A stretch of 63,122 nucleotides of DNA. It comes from Carpediemonas membranifera BICM. Its lineage: Eukaryota > Protista > Fornicata. The notes below the pieces were generated by a model, which saw nothing but the letters and a program-made list of their open reading frames with translations, had not been told where the DNA came from and did not search any database. The position numbers were made by a program, and so were the translations under genes. Positions 1-11,510 of this stretch are shown piece after piece (position 1 is the stretch's first letter; the number at the start of each line of letters is the position of its first letter). The stretch covers positions 1-63,122 of the forward strand of contig JAHDYR010000015.1 in the NCBI GenBank assembly GCA_019828565.1, written 5' to 3'.

Positions 1-129
1 TCCATCCTTCCATTCCTTCTCCTTCATCCACTCCTCCTGCTCCACCTCCATTCCTCGATCCACCTAAAGATCAATCAACAACATCAAGAAAGGAACAAAA
101 GATAGATACTATAGACGTCCGTTACCTAT

Positions 130-601
130 TCAGCCAGGCGCAGGTACTGACGCGCCGTCTCTCGGAGCAGAAGATATACCATGGAGGGATGCGTTCTGGG
201 CAAGGCGCTTGAACGACACAACGAACAGCGGAAGTCGCTCCCACTCTCCTTGGGCCCAGTAGTGATGGTCGTACTCGAGTGATAAATATTCGTAGGGGGT
301 GAATTGTTCGAACGCACACGAAGAAGAGAAGCGGGAGCAGTTTCGTCTCATCAGCAGCAACACGAACAAGAACGTGACCAATGTGGCACTGCACATTGGT
401 CACGACCGGGTTGTCGTTGATGCGATGGACACCGATTGTTTCAGGGTTGGCGCTGACGCAAAACTGGGTTCCATCGATGAGGTAGTCGTAGTTACCATTT
501 GACTGGCGCTCATGGATGACCTCACCAGCATAGACACCGACCAGAGAACCGACGTCGATTCGGTGCGACGAGATGACCCCTTGGCCAACATCGGTGCCCA
601 T
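130..601 (-). pseudogene. SET-domain protein, frameshifted
   Basis: GQGVISSHRIDVGSLVGVYAGEVI ... RIND.P ... RTIHP, then in an adjacent frame YEYLSLEYDHHYW. These match the SET motifs GxG, YxG and I.PGEEL..DY; the N-terminus probably extends to ~890. Confidence 0.6.
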
Positions 602-914
602 GAGGGACTTCTGTGGCTCAAGAAGGATCCCATCTGCGGTCTTAGCGATGCCGTTCTCAAGTAGTTCTTCGCCTGCATGCTCAGAGTCCGCCTTCTTGCC
701 ACCTGCACCGAGGAACTGCTCTCTATCCTCCTTAGAGAGCTTTTTTTCAGAGACATCAATTTCTCGTAATCATCTAAAGACATTGTAATGTTCTCCTCTT
801 CCTCTGATCCATCTGTAGCAACATGCGGGATCATGATAGTGTGCATTCCTGTTGTCACTCACAATTGCGAAACTCGCTCTCTGTTCCATAACCCTGCACA
901 TCGGATTTTGAACG

Positions 915-1518
915 ATGACGACAGACAGCCAACAGTGGATCGCATTTGAGCATCTTGCGGCTCTATACACCACTATAAAGCGTGGTAAGATAGAGACCGC
1001 AAGTCAATGCATCAACATGATCGAGGATTCCTGTGTGGAACGATTTGTGATGTTCTGGCTAACTACAGAGAACGCGGCGACGATTTACAACGAGAAAAAC
1101 GGCTGCTCTGCAGGAGAGCTATGGAGACGGAGTTGTGCGGTGCTCGGGTACGGACAGCATCACGAGAACAATATCATCTTCCTCTCGTGGTGTCGAGCAT
1201 GTATCGAGCATTGAGCGAGCATCAAGCGTCATGCAGCGTCACTTGGAGTTCCTGCATTGGGGCAAGATCGCCCTTTCCTGTAGCGGCAGGACGCTAGCTG
1301 ACTTTGCGACTCAGCACTTCCCCTTCCGTGTCTCTGATATTGAACGCAAGATTGTCTTCGTGATGGTCACCGTTCCCAATGAGTTCATGGTTTGGTATAA
1401 GGCGCTTGTTGACGAGAAGATCGATGAAGAAGAGTTTACCTACTACATCATTTATCGTCTTAACTCCAGCGCGAAGGATCACATGGTTGTTAATGCCCTA
1501 ACCTTCAAATATGAATGA
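915..1518 (+). CDS. hypothetical protein (two overlapping ORFs, probably one frameshifted gene)
   Basis: ORFs 915..1214 and 1135..1518 have protein-like composition; no recognised motif. Confidence 0.3.
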
Positions 1519-1537
1519 TCAGAGAGAGTGATGTGGT

Positions 1538-2048
1538 TAAATGGATTGCAAATGAGTCTTTTTAATGTCTCACCACCTGTTTGGGCCTCAGCGCTGTCGT
1601 TCAGGCCAATCCACGTTTGTGGATCCGTGCAGTTTATGGCTTATCGACCGGACATCTCCTGAACTGAGCGCCAGGGGGCGGAGGTGGCGTTGGCGTGGGG
1701 CGTGGAGGCGCTGGGGGCGGGGGTGGCGTTGATATTGGGCAATTACATAAAGTGCACGGTGCTTGGAATTTCATTCCAACCTCAAAATGGCGGGAAAGCA
1801 TTATTGGAAGGAACTAGTGGCAGCTATGCGGTTCTTTATACTGCAAAAGCAACCAGCTGTCGTCAAAAGCGCGCCATCTACCATCAATAACCAACATCTG
1901 CGTTGCACTCCACTGTTCTCGGTCGTTAATGCACAAAATCACTAAACAACATCAAAAGGACTGTTCATACGTTATTAAACATTGCTTGCTACTTCTGTTT
2001 CATCTTATTGTCGTTTACAGCTGTGTTGTCCTCAACAAATGCCAAGAC
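1538..2048 (+). repeat. ~0.5-kb dispersed repeat, copy 1
   Basis: Near-identical to 3351-3810 (+), 10414-10886 (-) and 19908-20424 (-). Contains the hairpin ATCCAC-GTTT-GTGGAT and a G-rich tract. Confidence 0.95.
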
Positions 2049-2420
2049 AGATCAACGAGGCGTTCGCGGCTTCCCGTTGAAGACTTGCCATTGCCAGAGA
2101 GAGTGCCATGCCTGGCACGTCTCTCTTCTTGTCTGCCGCGTGAAGGAATCGACCAGGCTGGATTCATGTGCAGCTTATGCAGCAATGGACACTCTGGAGT
2201 CAGAACTGCATTTGCAGCAGCTTATTGCTGCTATTGAGCTTACTTGTGGCCCTGTCCCATCAGAAAGAAACAACAGACAGGCCCGAAAGATCGCCGCGGT
2301 CATTTCTGGTGAGTTTGACAGAGCATTCGACCGTTTCTTGCGCGATCTCTTCGCCGACAGCCCGTCTATCATGAAGAGCTAGATCTCCTGGCGGAGATTC
2401 CCCAAGAGCCCATTGAAGAT

Positions 2421-3353
2421 GTGCCTGTCGCGGTAGGAGAAACCGCCAAGCCTGCATCCAAGCTTCAGCCCAAGACCACCAAGTCTGCGAAGAAGAAGGT
2501 GCAGACAAAGAAGCTGAGACAGCTGGCGCCGCGACGCGCTGGTACGCCTGCCCCGACACAACAGCAGGTCATCGTACCACTCAAGAACCTCAGCCGCCAG
2601 GAAGAGACAAGCCTTGAAACGTGGATTCGCAGCGTGCCGAAAAACTCTGCCATTACCATCGATATCTCTGGGATGGATGGTTTCAACGCCAGTGAGTCGA
2701 CCCTTCACGAGCTGGAACACTCATTCCAGGAGAACAACGTCCGAGTTATTCGGGCCTGGATTGCTTACCAGCTTTGTCTCTACGACTGTTTGTCAAGCCA
2801 GAAGATTAAGTATAACGAAAACGTGGCCCCCAGCGACGCCCTGCTCTCAGTGGCTCTTCAGCAGCAGAGGATCTTTGTCCAGGCGAACAAGCAAGGTGCA
2901 CTTTCCACACGCCTTAACATAACGAAGACCCCCTTCTACAACAACGTTGTGGAGCGTCTGAAACTGATGGGTGAGACAGAAAGCATGATGTCAAAGTTCC
3001 ACAACATCATTGGTGTCATCATCATCCACTTCGCCGACTTCACTTCCTTGCTGAAGAACCGAATGATCCCGAAGGATAACGATACAGTCAGGGGCTTGAG
3101 CACCCTCATTGTTCACAGTCATCTGTGCATGGTTTACTCAACGGCGAAAGATATCCGTCCTGAGATCTACAATGCTCTGACGACAAGCAGTACATTCCCG
3201 CCAGACCTTATGGCGTTTGCAAGAATGGCATTTGGTCTCGGACAAACCGCGGCGGTGACCCATGAGTCGCCCGAAAAGCAGAAGCATGCGGACAACACAA
3301 TAGAGGATGATTCAGAGATCGAGACAAGTGGTAAGAGGGTGAGGACTGAGTAA
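2421..3353 (+). CDS. hypothetical protein, basic N-terminus
   Basis: 310-aa ORF; its stop codon TAA is the first codon of repeat copy 2. Confidence 0.6.
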   Translation: MPVAVGETAKPASKLQPKTTKSAKKKVQTKKLRQLAPRRAGTPAPTQQQVIVPLKNLSRQEETSLETWIRSVPKNSAITIDISGMDGFNASESTLHELEHSFQENNVRVIRAWIAYQLCLYDCLSSQKIKYNENVAPSDALLSVALQQQRIFVQANKQGALSTRLNITKTPFYNNVVERLKLMGETESMMSKFHNIIGVIIIHFADFTSLLKNRMIPKDNDTVRGLSTLIVHSHLCMVYSTAKDIRPEIYNALTTSSTFPPDLMAFARMAFGLGQTAAVTHESPEKQKHADNTIEDDSEIETSGKRVRTE

Positions 3354-3810
3354 ATGGATTGCAAATGAGTCTTTTTAATGTCTCACCACCTGTTTGGGCC
3401 TCAGCGCTGTCGTTCAGGCCAATCCACGTTTGTGGATCCGTGCAGTTTATGGCTTATCGACCGGACATCTCCTGAACTGAGCGCCAGGGGGCGGAGGTGG
3501 CGTTGGCGTGGGGCGTGGAGGCGCTGGGGCGGGGTGGCGTTGATATTGGGCAATTACATAAAGTGCACGGTGCTTGGAATTTCATTCCAACCTCAAAATG
3601 GCGGGAAAGCATTATTGGAAGGAACTAGTGGCAGCTATGCGGTTCTTTATACTGCAAAAGCAACCAGCTGTCGTCAAAAGCGCGCCATCTACCATCAATA
3701 ACCAACATCTGCGTTGCACTCCACTGTTCTCGGTCGTTAATGCACAAAATCACTAAACAACATCAAAAGGACTGTTCATACGTTATTAAACATTGCTTGC
3801 TACTTCTGTT
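3351..3810 (+). repeat. ~0.5-kb dispersed repeat, copy 2 (3'-truncated)
   Basis: Direct sequence identity with copy 1. Confidence 0.95.
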
Positions 3811-3924
3811 ACATCTCCTTAGGACATTTACTTCTGATTCTGTTTCTGCTCTCTCTTCTCCAGCACCTCTGCCATCTCGAGACCTGTCAGCAGCATTGAT
3901 CTCATTCCTGCATCACAGAAAGTA

Positions 3925-5229
3925 TCAATCTCTTTTCGTCCGCTCAATCATTGCAATAAACTGCCTGTGCAGTCTTCCGCGCACACCTTTTGCGCACTTA
4001 TTGGTGCTCACCTGCCTGTATCCCTTGTGGCATGTGTCACAGCTGACGTTCTCGCGTCCATGAAGGTCTCTACCACACACTATGCAGCGCCGATAGAAGA
4101 CTTGACCCTCAAACCCTCGCTGACAGCAGTCGGTCAGTCTCTTTCGCTGAGCTGCAGACAGGGTGACCTCTTCTGTATCATCTAACAGAAGCGGACTCGG
4201 CTTGGCGACGCATTCATGCACGCGCATGATGACCTTGAGCTTGTCAAGACATTCGGCAGCAGTGGGACGCTTCGCAGGGTCGAAGTGGAGCATCTGCATT
4301 GCCAGGTCGTACAGGCTGAGACAAGTAGGTGGCGTGGTGCCGCGAATCGGGAGCTCAGAGTTCACGTTGACACACTCGAGGCAATCTTTGAAATGTGTCT
4401 GTGCCTGAGGTGACAACTGCAACTGCCCACCATAGAATTGGCACCAGTTCAGCAAGCTACCAAGCTTCAGCATCTTCTTCTTCTTCTTGTTGTCGATCTG
4501 CGCCATGTTTGCACCCATGTCAGTCACCTTCGCGGCAAAGGGGGACTTAGAGAGACCGTTAACGAGCATCATAATGACAATACCGCAAGAGTAAATGTCC
4601 GATGCAGGTGTCACGACATAAGAAGTGACGGAAAGAGCCCCTGCCGTCATGCGCGCGAGCTTGGAGGTGTCGCGTGCAGCAGGAATCACTGAGCGCGAGA
4701 CAAGGTACTCGTAGAAAAGCTCTGGGGGCAAATATCCATGGGTGCCGCGATACTCGGATGCGAATCTCAGTTGTATGGCCCACCTGTCGTCGCCATTAGC
4801 CGGCTTCCTCATTGCAGACCCAAAATCAATGAGGTATCCCTTCTGACTCTTGCTGAAGAGGAAGTTGTCTGGCTTAATATCGCAATGGACAACCCCGTGG
4901 TCATGCATGTAGCATACTGCCTGCAGCAGATGCGAAACATAGCGGAACTGCACGCTGGAGTGAGCCTTGCAGATGCCAGCGAAGGGGGTACAGTTGACCA
5001 AAGGAGCCATGAAGGCTGGATCACGGTCGACAAAACCTGTATCGACGACAGGGAGGACATGCGGACTGTCCTTGAGCGCTAGCAGGGTGGGAACCTCCAT
5101 ACCATAATGCTCATCAACTTTGATCACGACCTGCAGCTTTTCAGGTTCAAAGTCGTGCAGATATTGTCTACTATTACCAGGTAAGGAAGTAAGTCGCTCC
5201 AGCTTGTCGCTATCTAGCTCGAACACCAT
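3925..5229 (-). CDS. Ser/Thr protein kinase with C-terminal Cys-rich (Zn) module
   Basis: Motifs VVIK, HCDIKPDN, DFG, GTHGYLPPE, DIYSCG and DPAKRPTA; C-terminal RCIVCG...CDTC. Confidence 0.9.
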   Translation of the reverse strand: MVFELDSDKLERLTSLPGNSRQYLHDFEPEKLQVVIKVDEHYGMEVPTLLALKDSPHVLPVVDTGFVDRDPAFMAPLVNCTPFAGICKAHSSVQFRYVSHLLQAVCYMHDHGVVHCDIKPDNFLFSKSQKGYLIDFGSAMRKPANGDDRWAIQLRFASEYRGTHGYLPPELFYEYLVSRSVIPAARDTSKLARMTAGALSVTSYVVTPASDIYSCGIVIMMLVNGLSKSPFAAKVTDMGANMAQIDNKKKKKMLKLGSLLNWCQFYGGQLQLSPQAQTHFKDCLECVNVNSELPIRGTTPPTCLSLYDLAMQMLHFDPAKRPTAAECLDKLKVIMRVHECVAKPSPLLLDDTEEVTLSAAQRKRLTDCCQRGFEGQVFYRRCIVCGRDLHGRENVSCDTCHKGYRQVSTNKCAKGVRGRLHRQFIAMIERTKRD

Positions 5230-5393
5230 GCACAGGTAGCTGTGTGAAATTCGGTCTTAAAGTGCATTTCGCGACAGCTAGCTGTGCGTCGCAACGAGAG
5301 AAGTAGCAGTAGAAAACAAGCCAGGACTGGCTTATGAATGGTGTTTATGGACATCAGCTATGCTCCAATCATAAACTCTTCCTCTTTACAATG

Positions 5394-6623
5394 TCAGATG
5401 AAGGAAAAGACGATACTGTCGGCAGTATCGCTCTCTGAGCGCTCCTCATCAATCACATTCTCTTGAATCTCCCCATCACCATCTCTGCCCGCCACCTCCC
5501 CGCCATGCTCGTCGTGGTCGATCTTTGGTTCCTCATCGGCACTCTTGCATAAGTCCACCTCCTCACCAAAGGCGCCCTCCTCGCTCTCCTCGCGAGCTGG
5601 CACCTCGTAGTGCATCCACTCTGCCTGGTAAGCTGGCTCGTCGGACACCGCCTCCTCGTCAGTATCGCCCTCTCTCTCGCCCTCTGGCATCTCTGTCTCG
5701 CGAGTCAGCGAGCCGAACTCCGCCTCCTTGTCAGCCTCGCTCTGCCTCTCTTTCTTCTTAGTATCGTGAAGCTCGATCATTCTGGCCTTGAGCCTGTTGT
5801 AAAGCCAGCCATCGAGCATCGGCGGCACCAGGTCGGCAGAGCTTGTGATCTCCGGGTTGAGATCAAAGATCGTCGGGCGCTGCAGGGTCGTCAGGTGGCT
5901 GTTTGCCAGCTGGTGGCGGAACTGATCATCGGTGAGGCTGATGCGCTTGTCCATAATGACCTTCCGAACCTTGGTCAAGTCTCTGGGCCTGCCAGTCCGT
6001 CTCTCTCTCTCAATCTCCCGCGTCTTAAGCTGGTTGACATCGACATGCACCGGGGGCGCATAGCGAAGCTGGTTGACACTGAGCCCGACCTGCTTGAGAG
6101 CCTCCGAGAAGGTGCTCGGCGCTACATGAGACAGTGCGGATGAGGCCTTGGAGAATACTATCCAGGCAGCGAGCTCTTCGGGAAGCTGAAGAGCTCGCTC
6201 ACTGATGTCAATATCGCGGGCGGAAATAGCTGTCATGCCCGTGTGGCTGATGATAAGAGCCAGCGCATTGTAGGGGAAGACTAGTCGGACAATAGCTTCC
6301 GATGCGACAGGCTCAAACTGCCCAAGCGGCTTGACATTGTCTCTGCCGGAGTTTCGGAATGAGTTGACGGCACTGAGAGTGACAGCAGCGGTTGCCTTGT
6401 TCAATGATGCAGCAAAACCGGGCACAAGCGATCTAACATCCTCGGACCGGATCACGGAGAGCGCTTCGTCCTCGGTACTCCCTCGCTCACGTTGTACGAA
6501 TTGAACGAACCGCGAAAGGTTGTTTGCGACCGCTTTCCGGGAAGATTTCTTACTGATGGTGCACAACCAAGCATTCTTCACAGCTTCCATGGTTGTTTCC
6601 ATCTCCTGCGGGCTTCCTTCCAT
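5394..6623 (-). CDS. hypothetical protein with acidic tail; possibly a degenerate tyrosine-recombinase fold
   Basis: 409-aa ORF. The N-terminus resembles an integrase core-binding domain; the catalytic residues are not canonical. Confidence 0.45.
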   Translation of the reverse strand: MEGSPQEMETTMEAVKNAWLCTISKKSSRKAVANNLSRFVQFVQRERGSTEDEALSVIRSEDVRSLVPGFAASLNKATAAVTLSAVNSFRNSGRDNVKPLGQFEPVASEAIVRLVFPYNALALIISHTGMTAISARDIDISERALQLPEELAAWIVFSKASSALSHVAPSTFSEALKQVGLSVNQLRYAPPVHVDVNQLKTREIERERRTGRPRDLTKVRKVIMDKRISLTDDQFRHQLANSHLTTLQRPTIFDLNPEITSSADLVPPMLDGWLYNRLKARMIELHDTKKKERQSEADKEAEFGSLTRETEMPEGEREGDTDEEAVSDEPAYQAEWMHYEVPAREESEEGAFGEEVDLCKSADEEPKIDHDEHGGEVAGRDGDGEIQENVIDEERSESDTADSIVFSFI

Positions 6624-7849
6624 CGATATACGGATTTCAGACTTTCGTCATGCACAAAAATTCGAATCTCTCCAAATGCCCAAAACAGTGGTCAAACCGT
6701 GTTCAGGGGTACAAAAGAGTGCCATAGGCACGTTCTTGCATTTCAAAATATTCTAGAGGTCGTTCATAAATTCTCAGATGGCCAACAGTACGAAAGTCTG
6801 AAATCCATTTATCATGAGACCCGACAAATTTGAAATCCATTTATCGGGTGGATACATCACTGTAGAGGGTATTCATGGATATAGGTGCCTTTTCGGTGCC
6901 GAGGGGAGTCAAAATTTGAGGTCGTGCAGGCAGAAAGTCTGAATTCCGTTTATCTCACCACTGCTTAGTGTTCATGGCAGACAACGGCTTCCTGGCGACG
7001 CCTGGGGTGTAAGGATTCGCTTGCCTCTGTGTTGTCGCATCAGCTTCGCTGAAAACGGGGGAACTGACCCGCGCATTCGCGCACTTTATGCTCGCAACGA
7101 GATTGAAATGGCGAACTTAAGAATAGAAAGAATACTGGCGGCTTTAACGTAGTAGGCATGTGCACAACATTAAGAATCATCAGTAAGCGGGCGCAGAGCA
7201 TCATTAAAGCAACAATAATCCCTAAACAACATCAAGTACCATAAGTCCACCACGTCCATACGATATGAACTATAAATGGAGCATAGATCAGTACAGATGA
7301 TTTGAAAGTACCAGGCATGGCCAGAATACCGCAATTATCGTCCGTTGATCCACGTGACCTCCATCTTGGTCGGTATCCAGAGAACCTCCGTCAGACGCTT
7401 GCAACGGAACATTTAGGGGGTGCATCCTGAATAGGGCCAGATTTGAGGGACCCTTGGTCTGACATGCCATGACCGAGTACTCTAGGGGCCTCCACAGTGC
7501 GTCCCGAGGTACGTTAGAGCACCACAGACCTTCCCCCAAAAGCTGACTCCTGGACCCCTTGGCCGGAGCTCGCCGAAACGTGAAAATCGGCGATGATTTC
7601 TCCGTATAACTTCATAGGGGGTTATATGGGGCTCGTTTCAGCCGCAGATAACGTCTCTTGGCCATATTAAATTTGCGAAAGGCCCCGGCTCGCTGGCCGG
7701 ACGATTTAATCAGCATCGGCGAGAATGGACGTGTGGGTAGGGCTAGGGGTGTGATGACGGCTGGTGGTAGTCACGGTGTGAGTGCTTACAAGCCGCAGGC
7801 GATATACATAAACTTTTAGTAACCATTTAACGTCTCTTGGCGATATACG

Positions 7850-8914
7850 ATGCTAGACTTGTTCACTTGGCTGGAAGAAGCCACTGAGTTCGAGAAGAAG
7901 GAGCTAATGACCAAGATCAATGCAGCTGCAAGCGCTAAAGGCAAATGCGACGTCCTTCGCGCGCTTTTGCTGCCTAGGCGCGATTTACTCGCTACTGTGA
8001 TCAAGGAACGTACGTTACTGAGCGAAATTGTTTACACAGGTGTTAATCTCAAGCGTATTGCCACGTTCTTCCGCCTCACGCGCCAGGAGACGGAAGATAT
8101 GAAGAAGGACCTTAAGGCGCAGTTTATGGCGACGATGAAATTGAATGAGGGTGAAAGGGTCACAGGGGAACACAAGAAAACACTGAAGCAGGTCCTCGGC
8201 GGGGATACCTTCACGCACCTGTACGACGGCGAGGTGGAGAGCGCGCGTATTCGGGTGAAGAAGAGCATTCGTGAGGCTAGAATGAAGACAAACGCTAGGC
8301 TTGAGTGTGAACTCGCGAAGGAGGAGGACGAGGACATCAGGGATTGTACTCGGGTTCAGATGATGAAGCTGGCCGATGAGGAAGACCGAAAGGAGTTGGA
8401 AAAGGAGATGGAATACACGCGCGAGTCCAAGTATGACGTGGTATGGGAGCGAGTGTACGATGAGATCTGCGGTACTCGTCGTGTGCGGGCCCGCAGGGAT
8501 AACGCCCCCTGTCCCGGCGAGGATCACGCCGACCACGTGCTTCAGCGCTATCTCTGGGCCGACCAGATCGATACTCAGGCGCTTACTGGCGAGAAGACGT
8601 TGACCACGAGACTCCCTGCTGAAGCTCGAGTCGTACGTCGCGTGACAGCCAGTCTGATCTCTGCTCAGAAGACGGAGATCCAATCTCTCAAGGAGCAGGT
8701 CGAGCGGCTGAAGAAGCAGGTGACTGACGAGAGAAGAGACCATTTTCTTGAGTGCAGGCGTATCCATCATGAGCATGACGTTGGGTACCTTGCTTCCTGC
8801 GATGTTTCGTTCGCCGCCAGCCCCATGCCGCCACAGTCTGGCACGCTCTCCAGGACTTCCTGCCCCCGACGCGCAACGAACGAGCCCGAGGCCTCCATGT
8901 CTGTGAAGCGCTAG
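7850..8914 (+). CDS. coiled-coil hypothetical protein
   Basis: 354-aa, E/K/R-rich ORF. Confidence 0.6.
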   Translation: MLDLFTWLEEATEFEKKELMTKINAAASAKGKCDVLRALLLPRRDLLATVIKERTLLSEIVYTGVNLKRIATFFRLTRQETEDMKKDLKAQFMATMKLNEGERVTGEHKKTLKQVLGGDTFTHLYDGEVESARIRVKKSIREARMKTNARLECELAKEEDEDIRDCTRVQMMKLADEEDRKELEKEMEYTRESKYDVVWERVYDEICGTRRVRARRDNAPCPGEDHADHVLQRYLWADQIDTQALTGEKTLTTRLPAEARVVRRVTASLISAQKTEIQSLKEQVERLKKQVTDERRDHFLECRRIHHEHDVGYLASCDVSFAASPMPPQSGTLSRTSCPRRATNEPEASMSVKR

Positions 8915-9022
8915 GCCCTCTTCATCACGCCCGAGAAGGCCAGGCCTGAGGACTCAGAGGAGGAGACAGAGGAGGAGCAGGAGGAGGCGAAGGAGAAGAG
9001 GGGTGAGGCAGAAGAGGAGACG

Positions 9023-9568
9023 GTGAACACATGCGACGCCTGCATCCAGACTGAGCCGGAGACTCAGACTCGCATCACCTCTGAGGCCGCGGTGCAGACG
9101 TGCATCAACGTGGAGGCTCTCACGACTAACTGTACCGCGATTCATGTCAAGAGTGACGGCAACTGCGTTGCATATTGTCTCCAAGCCATTGAGTTGGGTG
9201 GCCGAGTTGATGGCGACTTCGAAAAGTGGCAGCGTGGCCTCTGCTAGTCAGTGAAGGCCAAGTACTGGTCTAAGAAGAATGTCACGGAGCGTAGCCTGAC
9301 AGATCCGGACTCCGGCTACTATAACTCGAACGCCATCCGAGTCTGGGCAAGGAAGCAGAAGCGGAACATCCTTGTTGTCCAGTCATACGACGGATACAAC
9401 GGCATGCAAGGCATCTCCGCCATCTTATACCTGTTTGATGGCACCACCATGCTTGCACCCGATGCAGACTTGTGGGGGTTGACAGATAATTTCGCTATTG
9501 TCATCGAAGGCGATCCGGCTCACGCCACGCTGTACCAGAAGAAGTGCGAGGTCGTTGAGATTGAATAA
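9023..9568 (+). pseudogene. OTU-like cysteine protease domain with in-frame TAG
   Basis: VKSDGNCVAYCL (D-G-N-C motif) and IVIEGDPAHATLY (His motif) lie in the same frame across one stop at 9245-9247. Confidence 0.55.
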
Positions 9569-9703
9569 AGATTTGGATATGCCTTTGTAGTGCGTTCGAC
9601 TGTGTACGTTTAGGAGAAGGCTGAGACGGAGAAGAAGGAGGACATGGAGGTGGAGACAGAGGAGAAGAAGGGTAAGTAGGCAGACGAGGAGGAGCCTGAC
9701 ACG

Positions 9704-10329
9704 GTGGTGCGTGGGCCGGAAGATGACGACAATATGTCAGTCGTGTCGATCAGTGACAACGAGCATGAGCCTGAGCTGGTCTTCGACGTACAAACCGCGA
9801 TCGACAGGATCCTGACCTGCCCTGCCAAGGAGATTCACCGTGACGGAGCCTGCATCGCTCATTCGCTCAACGACATTAAGCACGGCCAAGTACTGGGTAA
9901 GAATCGAATCAAACATTTCAAAAAAATCATCTGAGAGAACACACCGAGGAATCCATGGCCAAAAAGGCCGAGGGCCAGGTCAGGGGCACATGGTGGGACC
10001 CTTCCGAGCTGTTCAACGGCCAGGGCTGGCTGACAGGCACTGCTATCTCGGCTTGGACGCATCTTGAGAAGGAGAAGGTCATGGTCCTGCAGCGCAGAGA
10101 AGAGGAAGATGGTCGCATAGTCAACTCAGCGACTGTTTACGACAACGGAAGGGTCTACCCTCAGGATTTCAGAAGTCTGACTCAACTCAGTGATGCCATC
10201 AGGGAGATGGGCCACGAGAAGGTCATTGTCATTACGGGTAATCATGCCACGGTGTATCTCGTGGCGGAGCTTCTGTCAGATGGCACTGGTGAAGAGAGTG
10301 TGCCGAAGACAAGGAAGGGGAGGAAGTAA
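9704..10329 (+). pseudogene. second OTU-like domain, frameshifted
   Basis: IHRDGACIAHSL, then IVITGNHATVY in another frame; paralogous to 9023-9568. Confidence 0.45.
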
Positions 10330-10413
10330 ATGGTTTGATGTGTTCGGCTGTCTTTCATCTGTGAAATGAGAACAGGCGTGAGTGTCATGGACACAGATGG
10401 CCCGGACAGCGTT

Positions 10414-10886
10414 GCCTCCGTCTTGGCATTTGTTGAGGACAACACAGCTGTAAACGACAATAAGATGAAACAGAAGTAGCAAGCAATGTTTAATAACGTA
10501 TGAACAGTCCTTTTGATGTTGTTTAGTGATTTTGTGCATTAACGACCGAGAACAGTGGAGTGCAACGCAGATGTTGGTTATTGATGGTAGATGGCGCGCT
10601 TTTGACGACAGCTGGTTGCTTTTGCAGTATAAAGAACCGCATAGCTGCCACTAGTTCCTTCCAATAATGCTTTCCCGCCATTTTGAGGTTGGAATGAAAT
10701 TCCAAGCACCGTGCACTTTATGTAATTGCCCAATATCAACGCCACCCCCGCCCCCAGCGCCTCCACGCCCCACGCCAACGCCACCTCCGCCCCCTGGCGC
10801 TCAGTTCAGGAGATGTCCGGTCGATAAGCCATAAACTGCACGGATCCACAAACGTGGATTGGCCTGAACGACAGCGCTGAGGCCCA
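10414..10886 (-). repeat. ~0.5-kb dispersed repeat, copy 3
   Basis: Reverse-complement identity with copy 1. Confidence 0.95.
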
Positions 10887-10907
10887 GACATGCACATATA
10901 CATTCAT

Positions 10908-11492
10908 TTATTCCTGTCTCGCTCTCTTGCCTGTCTGATCGCGACGTTTGACCCACTCAAATGCCTCATCTGTGAGGTAGACAGAGACGTCGCGAGTATT
11001 CCCAGTCCTAACCTTCCGAATCAACGTTCGGCAAGGATCTTTGGGTGTCGTCGTTGAGGTACGACGGCAAGCCCACTCTGAGGTCTCGCATGAGCCCCCG
11101 CACACGATGCAACGTCCTGACAGGACAAGCGGGGGGTCATGCGTTCTGGCCATAGCTAGCTGGTCCACCTGGCTAGCAGTCAGTGTGCGGGACATGAGCG
11201 TACCGCGCGTCTTGCCCGTGTCTTCGGGCCTGGGCCTCGGCTCATCCAGGTCTCCGACGTCCGAAGTCGTCATCGTTGCCTGCTCCAAAGTGGTGGGCAC
11301 CGGCTGAGACCTGACACCTGGCAGCCTGAGCATGGTCTTACGGCCGCCGCTACGCAGCCTCTCAATCTCATCCTCAAGAATGCTGACCTTCTTCGTCAGA
11401 GCATGATGTTCACTTGTCGCAACGAGCGACACTGGCGACTTAAGCAGCGCGATGAACGCCCTGACGTTATCGTGCAATGGAACCGAGAAGGC
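10908..11492 (-). pseudogene. 3' half of a HEPN + Zn-module gene split by the LINE insertion
   Basis: Removing the LINE and one TSD copy joins ...LAQAFSV (from 18941-19382) in frame to PLHDNVRAF...; C-terminal RCIVCG module. Confidence 0.8.
11480..11492 (+). repeat. left target-site duplication GAACCGAGAAGGC
   Basis: Identical 13-mer at 18941-18953. Confidence 0.95.
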
Positions 11493-11510
11493 AAAAAAAT
11501 TTTCCGCACC

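Noticed and set aside
1684-1945. Repeated small ORFs (MALAWG..., MEFHSN...) as a gene family
   Set aside because: They recur only because the DNA repeat is near-identical; most use non-ATG starts and have no motif.
9245-9247. Stop-codon reassignment explaining in-frame stops
   Set aside because: TAA, TAG and TGA all terminate intact ORFs elsewhere, and most breaks are frameshifts; decay or read error is a simpler explanation.
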